A stretch of 64,000 bases of DNA, taken from assembly GCA_002633005.1 (NCBI GenBank), contig NMRA01000168.1, forward strand, positions 499,129-563,128, given 5' to 3'. The stretch is from Phoronis australis (Eukaryota > Animalia > Phoronida). The position numbers and the translations under genes are program-made. This document shows, one piece after another, positions 12,301 to 25,000 of the stretch. The stretch's first letter is position 1. Each line of letters opens with the position of its first letter. The notes under the pieces are model-generated. The model was not told the origin of the DNA. It was given only the letters and a program-made list of their open reading frames with translations, and did no database searches.

Positions 12301-15300
12301 TACATATATAAATACATACATACACACATACACACATACACACATACATACATACATATATGTGTATTTAAACATCGCATTTGACAAACTTCGCATAAGC
12401 CCTCGTGTCGTGCAAATACGCAAAATGAGTTTGACGTTGGACAAAGAGATTGTCATTTTTTGTCTTCTGGTTTGAACTCTTGATTTTCACATGAATGCCA
12501 CTCTTCAATGTTTCTGATAAGTCTATCAAAAGCCGAGTTGTATCATAATATTCTCAAGTTACAAGTTGTCTAACTTAGCCCATCAAACATGTTACGTTCT
12601 TGAAATTGTTGTGAGATGGAGCCTTTGGATGGAAGAATCTTACCGGCTGTAACATCTACGAGACTGCTCCAAAATGCACCAGAAAATTGTTCTAATTTCC
12701 ATACAGATACGACCATAAGCAGCAACGCCGTAATTCAAATTTGACTCGACACTCACCGTTGGTGACGACGTTGATGGGTTTCCCGTTTACGGCATTTGAT
12801 TTGAGGAGCAACTGGACAGACCAATTTTTCATCCGAAGCCAGATTAAAAGTATTCACACCAATCGTGTCTCCAAATGCCCATTTATACAACTCGTAGTTC
12901 CTAGAATTATCATTTGACTAAATTGATTGAGCAAACGATATCAAAGGTTGAATATTTTTGCTAATTTGAGAATCACCATAACGTACATGCCATATTATAA
13001 TGACAAACAAAAGAATATTTTTGTCCTCCGGAATCCAAAAAAAAAACTAAAATGAGGACATGATCATGCAAGAAATTTCAAAAAATAAGAACACATAAAA
13101 TTTGTCTAACAGGTTGCAAACTATTTCGTCAACGACTCTGTGCATTGTAGCGTGTAGTATAACACTTTCAAGATGAAATAATATATCAAGGAATTTATCA
13201 ACTTTTGACAACATTTTAACTGTGTCAAACTAAGAACTTGTTACACGTAATCAATTATACTCTTACTTTTCCATTTTGAGGAGTGAGATGGACAGCCTCG
13301 CTTGACGTATTTCGTACGGTACACCAATGAAAAGATCCGCCTTGAAAGTTCCAAGTGTGGCTTTTCCCATAGCCGAATGCAGTTGGTATGATAATTTGAG
13401 GACTGGCTTTAATCTACAATTTATACCGGATCTCTTCAAACAGCATCTCAAATCTCATTAAAATAACACTCAAATAAAAGCGCTAGGTTGGAGCGACACC
13501 TGGAGAAATGGAATGAGAATTGTTGACTACGACATCTGGACCACGCTCCAGGCTATGATGATGACGCTGGCAGCAACACGAATGTTGCCGTCAGCAACAC
13601 AATGCCTGGATAGTAGGTCAACAACGACCACAACAAAACTGAATCGCCATAATGGTATGTTTTCATGATGCCTATTTCACGAAATGAACAAATGAAGGAG
13701 AAGCAGCATTTCAAATTGTCCATACCTGTATTGTTAAAACTGTAAATGCGTATTTGAAACAGATTGTCACACGCACTGACTATTGAGATCGTTGAAAATT
13801 TATCGTATAAATAGCAAAATTGGCTTATTTTGGCAGGTTTATCAGGTAAATGATAACTTTGATGCTTTAAAGAGTGTCAAATAATTTTTTTTTCGAAAAC
13901 GCATTATTTTGTAAGGACACATGAAGAACATGAAAAACCGAAGTCATCGCAAAGGTTATACATGCGTATGGATCGGGTATTATGCTTCAAGTACTTACCG
14001 GAACAAGGCAAAATTTGTTACGAGATATAAATAACATAATCAAGAAAGACCTGGGAATCACCTAGCAACGACAGTTACTGTAATCTGACGCTCCAACAAC
14101 GACGAAACACTAAAAACACCACATCTCTTTCACTGAAGATGACGCAGCGGACGGCAACATCGGCGAGTCATCAATGTAAAAGAGACGAGTTTGATGTTGA
14201 TACCGTGACAACTGCCAGTGATGATGCCATCAATGCTGGCGTTTACATTCAACAACTACATGTACCAACGCTGACAAGTGGAAAGCACACCCGGCAGCTA
14301 TAGTTGGCACTGTACGGGAAGACTTCAGTCGCAAATTGCCAAAAATTAAATACTAAGAGCAGGTAATTACTGTATGAGCGCACCTCAGTCAAGAAATAAT
14401 TTATAAGAATTATCTCAGTAAATAACGGTTATGCGTATATTTTTAGAAAGTGCACTTTGCTTATATGAGATTGAAATATTTTTCAAAAATAGTCATGAGT
14501 CACTCAGTGTCAAGAAACAGACCTCTGGTTTGTGTTTATAATCATAATGAATATATACAGTACTGTTATGTTTTTGTGACATGAAATGATAGCTTTAATC
14601 TGTATTCTGTTATCAATCTGATGCTTCAATGAAAGTATACGTATGTGGCGTCCTTTAAACTACTACCTGCATGGTCACTGATGTTCAAATGGCGTCAACA
14701 TGTTGTAATTGATAACGGGTATCAGTTGACAATGCTCGATAGCAGTGTCAACAATCAGCAATGAAAGTTGTACCAGGTAAATGGTGACCGTTCTGAGCGA
14801 GGTGGCGGCCTAGAAACACTTCATAAGCGAAATCATTTCAAATCGAAAGTTTAATCTATTGGCTGCTCATGACGAAGTTGTGATGAGGACCGTCATTTTA
14901 AAATTTTTAAATTTTAAAATCATTAAAATGATTACTTTCGCTGAACTCGCAAACAGTGTGGCTAGGTGTTGCACGTAAATGTACGTGTAACACTAGGCAC
15001 AGACCTACGTATAATTTCATACTTTCAAAATGTTCAACAAACTAGTCAAATCCTACTGGTTGAGAACGGCAAGAACTTACCCAATCGCAAAAGGCTGCGA
15101 CAACACAATGTCCAGTGCACCGGCTTTTCCCCATCCTATTCCGACTGCCACTTCGACCTGAGACGAAAACATGTTATGAACAAGAAAAGTCGCGTTTTAC
15201 AGCTGCTCCTTTTACAGTTTAATTCAGTTTATTCATTGGTTTAATGTCTCAATATTTTGCACACTTAAGAAACACAAATAAACTCACTGTTGCTTTCACA

Positions 15301-18300
15301 AAATCATATACGTGCAGACAAAGACCCCAAAATTGTTTTTACTGGGTCCTAGATCTAGAGAAGAAAATCAACTCGAATAAAGCAGATGGTAGTATGCACT
15401 GCTTTCAGCCATAATGTATACGAATGGAGTAGATGCACAGTGTACTGGCGTAGTCACAAGGGGCGCGGTGTGGCACAACCATCAGCTTCTAGTTCCAGCG
15501 TTCATTTTTCTAAAAAGAAATTGCTCATTTCATCCGGTGAACAATCATAGGTGTTCGGTTTTCACCGCTACCAATGAATAATTGTGGCTACGCCGGTGAA
15601 TAAATCACGAGATTCTTTTTATATAACCTCAAATCATTTCACGGGCGTCTTTACACAGAACACAATTACGTACTGAGATGAATCATGATAATTTGAAAAA
15701 CATCAAACCTTCGGATGCACGCTAATTGACCCCAGAACATCTGCACCATAATCAATTTTTGACCTGTGTCGATTGGCATTGAAAATGGGATCAACCTTCA
15801 CCTTCATTTGCCCATCAGCCTCCATTCTGTTTGCTGTAAATGTAAGGGTAACCCATGTCATTAAGTTTGTTTTATGTGTCTTTACTGACAGTTGACGTTT
15901 TCTTTCAACACAGTGGGATCAAGCAAATCGTCCATCGTAATATGTACAATATATCCTATTCAGTTATTTTGTGTCACCTATTGTTGCACTCAACACATAC
16001 TGTCGTTCGTGTGACAATTTATATGACGTGAAATTAGACACCTGTTGTCGCACGCCCGAAATTTTTTCGAGTGCAACAACATATGCCACAACAGTTTCCA
16101 AATGTGCAGTAAACACCGGCACATTGTGTCGTACTTAACTGTGTGGTTAAATTACCAGGGTTTTGTCGTATAAGCAAATCCAGAGTCAAAAGGAGACACA
16201 AAACTGTGAGGAAGTGTAATAGAAATTGGTGGAAGGGGAACAGTTCCACGAACTGGTTGGTGAGGATGATAACCATCCCTGATGACAACCTCGTTTGCAG
16301 AAGAGTTGCTTTTACAAAAAGGTAAATTAAAAACATATTCCCTTCAACTTCCGTTAGTCTCCCACTCAAACTCCTGATTCAAATGTCAACCCCCTTTAAC
16401 ATACAACTCTTCAACTAATGTTTGTATTTGCCCGTGTCGTCACTCAGGCCTACGCACAGAATCGTACAACCATATTAGTAAACATCCATGCAGATGCTTT
16501 TAGTTGGACGATCACATGTGCCATCACGCCGCGACAACACATATCGTCATATTCGACACATGTATGTCGAGTATGATAATACACGTCACCAAAAAGCTGT
16601 CTTGCATTTATTTCTTCTAATGGAAACAATACATACATGTTCAGTTTTTAACACCTACAAGCAAGTTCCCGTGTGAAGCACAGTGTTGTAGCATATATTT
16701 TCGCACTCTGTATATATTGTCCCACAGGCGACAATAGTACAGAGTGCTTGCTGCAACATATACCGTCCACATCGACATATACGATCTCCCGCCCAAAAAT
16801 CACAGATTGCCACTTGGTTTTAGTTAAACTTGACCAGTCGTTATACATGTATGGCTCGCTTACAGGTAACTTTGCAACCGACAAAGTAATGTTCACCCAA
16901 CTTAATTCCTAGTCTATTTAATTTGCGTGCTGTGACAACAACCTTTTAGTGCATTCAAATATAATTTTTACCGGCCCTACTGGGGATGACATGGATCTGA
17001 TAGGAATGATGATTTCATTGAACTGCACTTACTGACAGTGATGCTTCCAGTGGCGTCAAAACCAGTCGTAAACGACACTTCTCCATTTGATTGTATTGAA
17101 GCGTCAAGCCAGAGCTCAGGTGTTAGTTGGACATCAATTTTTATCCCGAGCACCAGCATTATTTCGAATTTAACCGGTGTTGGTAATTGCCACATTTTTT
17201 TGTTGTACTTCATGTTGTACTCTCCAGTGATGGTGAAGGAGAGATCATAAAAGATTGATGCCTGTCCACTGAGCTGCAAGATTAAAATGACAAGAAATAT
17301 GTATCCATGTATAGTTGTCGGTCAAGACAAGTACGTGCTTGTTATTCAAAATTTAGAGGGAAATACAAAATGCAAGCCAGCATACGTAGGGCCTGGAAAG
17401 GAGTACATGGCCACTCGTCTTGATTCGATCCCCTAAACTTCAGTCCTGGACAAGCAAACACCATGATTCCATAACTGCTTCGCGCCTTGATTCCATACAT
17501 GACGCGATAATACCCCGTATCTGGTAACGACACACCATACTCAGGAACCATACTCCAAATCCGGGTATCATCACCGGTTTAGGGTATTACCGGTGCGTGT
17601 ATGGCTTGGGAAGTGTATGGGTAACACCAGTCTGTTGTTTGCTGGTCCCGGTCGATGCTTTAAGTAAGGGCGTCCTAGCTGAATTTTAGAGACACCGCCA
17701 TGGAATGGGTTCTCCCCTATGGAACAGCTTTTACATGTAGTGCATTTCATCCATATCAAGCAACATACAGTACATGGCAAATATCTAAAAGTAAATGTAT
17801 TCGCATTTTCGCATTTGTTTCATGGTACACGTCCAACTCATACTGGGTTGTAGACCACAGGAAGCTTATAAAATAACGTCTTGTTCTGTTTTTAGTAAAC
17901 TGAAACAGGGAAAGGATTTGACAAATCTCTAAGCCATCCTAAATCCGCCTATATAATGACGAATTATGCCACTCTGGCAGTTGTATCGGTTTGTGCAAAA
18001 GCAGGGGACGAGGTTACACTCAGAATATAGAGAATTTCATATTTGTACTTGTTACCTGTAAGATATATTTCTTTATGTCTGGATAACCCTTAGAGTCCCG
18101 AGACATTTCAAGTTCGCTGGAAATGAAGTAAATATAAGTTACTTTTATAAAACTACGTAGATGTGTAAAACAGAAACAATAAGAATCAAATCGTTTATGT
18201 ATCCATCATTACTATAAGTAGGTTATACATATTAACTAAAACACCTTACAAGGAACTTCTTGCTCAAATACACCATAGAAGTTACGGCACCAAGTTGAAT

Positions 18301-18883
18301 CAGATTTTATTTCATGCGCTCGTAATAGAACATCAACCGGCAGATAGTTAAATCGTTGTTACGAACCGACATACCTTCATAAAGTTTCCAACACATGAGT
18401 TCGAAAAAAATTCCAATCACATTTCCCCATGTTACGTATTGTTTTGACTATTTCTTATTTGAAATGCAATAATGGAGGTGAGTATCCACTTCTGGAATTT
18501 GATAATTACACGGCGTTCAAAGCATTTCAAGTTCCTGTTCCAGATAAAGTACTTCTGAAACGTCGGCGCATAACTCATAAGCCACATAATGATAATGTCC
18601 CCTTCAGTTAGTGCCTCAGTTACAATGCATACCTCAAAGCCAACTCAGGGTCACCTTAGTAAAAGATTACATTAACTTGCATTACGGTTGCCTCGAGCTC
18701 ACCCCAGCACCACGTTACTGCTGAAGTGGTAGAAAAATCAATCGCCATATACGATTACTTATGAAGAAGCACTTACAAATGTATTGTTAATTTTTCGTCA
18801 TTGTTTATACGCAAATCAATATTATATTATTATTTTCAGTAGTAAAGTTGTTATTTTTGATTTTATTAAATAGTATTGCTATC

Positions 18884-18942
<59 letters not shown>

Positions 18943-19064
18943 CGTTATCATTGTCATTATCATCATTGTAGTTGTTTTTGTCATTGCTGTTATTTTTGTT
19001 GTTGCTGATTTTGTCATCCTCATCTTTTATCATCATCATGATCATCATCATCATCATGATCATG

Positions 19065-19096
<32 letters not shown>

Positions 19097-22000
19097 TGTC
19101 CTCATCATCATCATCGTCATCGTCATTATCGACGATAATGATAATAATGCAGCTCGCAAAACAATGGCTCGCCAGTGACCAGTGATTTTTTGTGTGAAAT
19201 AAACCTTGAGGCCTTTGAATCCTATTGCAAGTGACAAGTTTTTCAGTTGCAGTACCTCAAAAAGTTAACCGCTTTTGTTGAAAGCGGTTATGCACAAATA
19301 ATAATTTCGTTATCAATACTGATTGCAACGTCATTAACTGCTTTTCTGTTATCCATTTTAAAAACAATGTCCACCAAAATTTTCTTTTTATGTTGTTCGA
19401 AAAATTATAATACCATACGACTTTTTACAAATGTGACTTCTGTTCATGCCTAACACGAAAATACTTAGTAATAGTTACCTTTGAAGGCTATTGATACAAC
19501 TAATTTTTCTTACAAAGACCCCGTTCCCTCGTCATTTTAGAAAAAGACTTCATAGGATAAATTTCATCACAAGGCAATGACAATCATTGAGATGGCAGTA
19601 TTTTCTCAAAAGGAACAAATATTCAACTTTATATGTTTGAACTTTTGGTGGTATCAAAATGCTAAGATGAGTTTAGTGGCAACACATAAACTAATAACTT
19701 ATGACAGTGGTAATTGCAAATAAACACAGGGTCAGGATGCACGAAATAACCTATTTTAGTGTTTTCGTTTGATTTATGGAACCGATAATAGGATCTAATT
19801 AATTAAATCGGGGGTAAAAAAAAAGAAAAGGGAGTTTTTAATAGAATTAAAGACTCTGGGAGCATTCAAATCATTCAAACTTAGCTTGCAACGTTGTGCT
19901 TTCACCTAAATGTTTTATAATCCAGTAACTGAACTGAATATGAAACAAACATGGGATCAACCTCAAAATCATTAGCAACAGTTCTTTAGTCACATCCAGT
20001 TTGTTCTCGTCAAAAATATATCAAATTAACCTTCATCGAAGTAATTCTTGGTGAAGGAATGACAGATCGCTATGATAGTGAACACCTAGAAGAAAGGTAA
20101 ATTATAACTATTCCGTTCATGCTTCAGAGCGTTTCTGGTCACTTTCAAATAGATTATTTCATGTTCACAATATAGGTAAATGGTATTTTCAAATAGTTTT
20201 AAGGGCAACGCCGAATTGACGAGTCTGGGAGATAATAAAATTACATAGAATTGTGTACGTTGCTTGTATGTACAGGCGACCTAGCTGTGAGAACTTGGAA
20301 AAATACACTTGTTTCTATATCTTTTAATGTTTTTGGAATTCAGAAACACTCGCATTACCTAAATGCGCATTTATTACACTGAAAAACGCAAAACAGCTTT
20401 AATTACCGTTACTTCACGTTACGGTGACGCCAAGGTGACCCTAAGGTGACACTAAAGTCACCATAAGATACTTCGAGTGACTCATTTGCGACAATTCGAC
20501 AATTGTGTAATTCTAAGGAAGAACTCTTTACGGTAACCTTGAGTAACAGCTCGCTGTAACTTAGATGGGTTCGCCCCAGGAATGTACCACGTAAAAACAA
20601 CAGCTGCAATGGCAATGACAATACCGGTATTTGACCTATTCGTACTACTGAACCTCTACAGAAGAAATGTGAACATCCTTGAGTTAAAACATTTTGGCAT
20701 AACACAAATACTCACAAAATAACACTGGCATCAAATGCGAAGTAGCATGTCGTGCATTCTAGTCTTGACTTCACAGACCCTGTACTTTCTAACCTGGAAG
20801 TCTTTGTTTCGACAGTTTTTTGATGCTGAAGCAACGTTTTTGTCACTGTTTCAAAACCGATATCTTGTGTCTTCCCCATGCTGACCACGAACGTTCCAAC
20901 AGCACTTTTCGTGTCTGGGTCATAATTTACACCCACACTTTTGCCATTGCTGAAATTCCATTCGACTGGAAAAACCAGTGATAAGGGGTCTTTTATAGCG
21001 CCAACGATATTTTCCTTAATGTCATTTATAGTGTCCAAACGATCGGAGATCCAGCCTCTTCTTTGGCGGACTTTTGAGTATGACGAATAAGTCTTTGGTT
21101 CTTTTTTCGCTGGTACGCGATGGTAAAAGATCTTGGCGTGCTCAAATATATCATAAAAACTGAAATATACAACTCAAACTGCAAATGATATTCACACGTC
21201 ATCATTTTATTCTTCGAGATCAGCTCAGAGAATAAAGACGACCATTGCTTGACACTCCTTAGACGCTTGAAATTTGTCACGAGAAAGGCGAGTGCTTTAC
21301 GAATATGCTCATAACAAAATGTCCACTGAAGTGAGTGACTGGACAGTGACGGCGGAATGTTGAAGGATAAAGCTCATTGAAAATATTTCTGTCTGCAATT
21401 ACATCGCCTTGTTTTATTTTGCAATTTGACAACGCTTAAAATAATTTAAACCTGTCAGATATACGAAATGATAATTATTCATGACTTGAATTATCTATAT
21501 TTTGTTTCTGGTATAATCATGTACCACCGAGAAATGATGAATCGCTTTCTAATGATGTGACTCTTACGCAACCGCGGAGTTGAGAAGACTTTTAGTCACA
21601 GTAAGCGCCATAGCAAGAACCAACATAGCAGCAAACGATTTCAAACAAACGCCACGCATGCACGGGGCAACCTCACCATCGCAAGATCGAAGTTGGCATT
21701 CCGGGGCTGGAGTTCTATGTTAGAATTCCGAGTCTAGCTATACATCGGGCGCTATCAAAATCGGGTCATGATAACCAAGAATAACACGATTCAGCAACAC
21801 CTCATAATACACTGTACTTCATAGCGAGGTGCAGTGATGAAGTAAATGAATGGATTTGCAAACAAAAACTAAATAGATTAAGAGGTTGAATCCACTAGGA
21901 AGTCCAAGTACGTTACCTTGCTTCGGAAGTAATGACCTCAATGCGCTTGCTATTTACTTTTTTAACCGAACTTATCTTTCGGAATATTCCTTTCTCAGCG

Positions 22001-25000
22001 GCATGTGACAACCCTAGAAAAAACACTGTGTAATTAACGCAAGGCTGTGACAATACAGTCTGATTTAGTTTCTGTTAACCAGGAATGAATCACATCCATG
22101 TACTTACCTAAAACTATCAACAAATGAGCATAGCTTTTGGCTGGGTTATGGCTGCACAAAGCTGACCAAAGAGTCTGATTGAAATCGATAACAAGTTATA
22201 TTTCGTGTTAGTTTCATAGAAGGAGATCTGCTCATGAAATAAGCCTGTTAATAACCGATTGGCTTAAAATAGAATAAAATACAATTGTGTCCTTCAAAGT
22301 TGCTGGAATCGAGTTTGTCCAATTAGGTTGGTAAAGTTTAAAGTAAACAAATTGCTTTTAGTACATTGAAACGAACCTATCATTCAATAGTTGTCCTGGG
22401 TGTAGTATAATCCGAAAGCCTGGTGGTCTTACATTCTGTATTAATAACCCCGGTAACATTTAATTGGGGTCTCCAAAAAGTCAATCAAATGGTAGTATTC
22501 TCCATTAAATTCTGTCTAAAGCGTGCCATATGGTTGTTAAGCCATCGCCTATTGCTCACCTCTCATCAACAACAAGTGCTCGCACAAACACAGTAATTAA
22601 CAATTCTGGGCACGAACCATCATTTTCGCTACACTTCGGACCATGCATGTACATGTAACTGTTTCAGAAGTGCCAAGAAACAAAGAAAGGTCCCCTCAGT
22701 GGACATAAAAGAAACTTAGGCCATTTATCATACTATTCATTTCTGTGCCAAAAGCTGTCCTACATCTCATGTTGTTGCAGAGCTTCAAATCATTGCCGTT
22801 GCTCAAGGAAATCACCTAAAGTTCTTCTTAAGTTACGTCTGACAACATCTTGGATTTCCAAACAAACTAACTATCGAGAGTGCTCGCGAATGCTCTCATA
22901 CTGTCGCCAGCACTCGCCTGCTAAAAACTGTCCAAGAAGCGAGCGCTCACAGACACCCTCCTTTTTGATCACGCGTCTGTTTGATGTTCTATCTAACAGT
23001 GCAATAAACGAGACCGAGAGACGTCCACTTGTAGGTCATCAGAGAACGAATGAGTGAACAAACGTTGTACAAGAGAAAAGACAGTGGAAAGGTGATAATT
23101 GGAAGACAGACCAAAAGATGGAATGCTCCGCGGCAATTGCTGGACAAACTGGACGTTAAAACAACCAGTTACCAAGCCATTTTTTCTTAGACCGGCGAGG
23201 TCAACAATTGAAAACAACGAGTTACTCTGGTATTAACACATGGAACTCGATCGATCGTCGACGTCAGCAACATTTCAGTTTCTACCTCCTCTAGCTTAAC
23301 CGTACTCTTTCATTTCTCGGACCTCTAGTGCCTCACACGCTCCTTATCCTGTGAGTTGCTCGATCACGATTTAAGTAGCATGATCTCTTCTCTAGGCATG
23401 ACTGGCGTACCATTACATGCGTGTACATCATGCAACCATTAGTGGAGTGTAGAGTTATAAGTTCTGGGTCCATTCTGGGAAATATAAATCCCCGCCATGC
23501 CAATACATGTATTATCTATGAACCGTAATCAAAAGACCGCATACTTTTGTCAAAGTTTATTTTATCCATTAAACAAAGACAGGCTAGTTGATAAAATTCA
23601 AAACTTTCTGAAAACTCTAGTTTGAATTCAAAGAGCAGTAAAAAGAGGGAGTTAGTAACTTTACAACCATGTTGTCTTATTCTTGCAAAAATTCCCGGTT
23701 TTGCTTAAAATCAAAGTGAAGATGACCAACAGGTGGCCTGTTACACTATAATATTGAAAACACGAATTTAACTCGCGGCGTGCAAGTCTGTTAATCTTCG
23801 TTTTTTATTTCAGTCACACTATTGAAAAACAGCATCATTGTTAAAACAAACCCTGTTGGCACTCCCATTGGTCATCGCCCGTAATGACGTCACCATTGGC
23901 CCACTCATTAGCAACGTGTGCATCTTCAAATATGAAAATTAATTTGTTGCTGATGCAGACAATCCTCTGAAATAGAAAAAAAACCCCGTTCAGGTCGAAA
24001 TGAAAAGCATTACCACGACTAATGAGAAGCGTTGTATGAATGTTGAAGTAGAAAATATTACCCAATAGGAAAGAGCTGTCAATCGGCCAGACTGAGGCTC
24101 TTAGCTAACTAAGCAGCTGCAGTAACAGTATCGACAATGTTCATTTAAATGTGGTAACAGTGCAATTACGATATTCTTGGGACAAAACTTTGTCATGGAG
24201 TCTCCTGAGATAAAGCATGCTGAAACCAGTTTATCAAAATCTGCAAATAATAAGGTTTTTCAATGAAAGTCAGTGGGGGTGTTTTTGGTGATGTGCCAAA
24301 AATATTCATTTTGAGATAACATATATTTGGTTGTCATGTCAACATCAATATTACGTAAAACCCATAGGTCCATGAGAAACGCTNATAACTCGTATACGTG
24401 TGGACATTTTTTGATACATTTCTCTTTGAATTATATTAGAAACAAGGATCTATAATGTTACGAGAGAAAAGTCAAAAAATCTTTACCGTTATCTTTAATA
24501 CGCTTCTGAAAATTGGATTAAATCGGAAAATTTCATTTTTCAAAACATGTTTTTTATGTTGAAATTTGGAAGAAATGTCCTAGAAATTTCGTAGATATAC
24601 ACGTAAGTACATTCCAAGCCAATTTTCATGAAGTATACCTCAAACACAAATATTTTCAAATCTAGTCTGCACGTCACCTTTTGGCTATATCACATGACCT
24701 AATGAATGTGGCCAACAGGTGACCTTTCAGTCTGTGATACATAATATTTCCACGCCTGTTCAAGATTTACATATTAATACACTTCTCGAAAAGATTTTAT
24801 TTATATCATTTCTTATCAGAAACATGCACGCTTTGAGAAACACAAGAATGAAAGATAGCAATGCATTTCCATGTTGCATCGCAATATACTTCATATAAAA
24901 TGCAGTTTTGATGCCATTTTAAACAAAATTTAGTCAATCTCCATTCTAGAACAGCGGTATGCATGTTGTGTCAATACGTGATTTCTGGTGGTCAACAGAG

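Noticed and set aside
13500-13671. Apparent signal-peptide-like exon MKTYHYGDSVLLWSLL... on the minus strand
   Set aside because: It contains a TAG and is unnecessary: exon 15081-15157 splices in phase to 13413 (QPFAIGLKPVLKL).
13868-14657. Possible TTAA-flanked Kolobok-like element
   Set aside because: The terminal inverted match is too short and mismatched to support a call.
18805-19237. Poly-Ile/His/Met/Asn ORFs
   Set aside because: They are translations of an (ATT)/(ATC) microsatellite; the same applies to 41575-41927 and 12274-12456.
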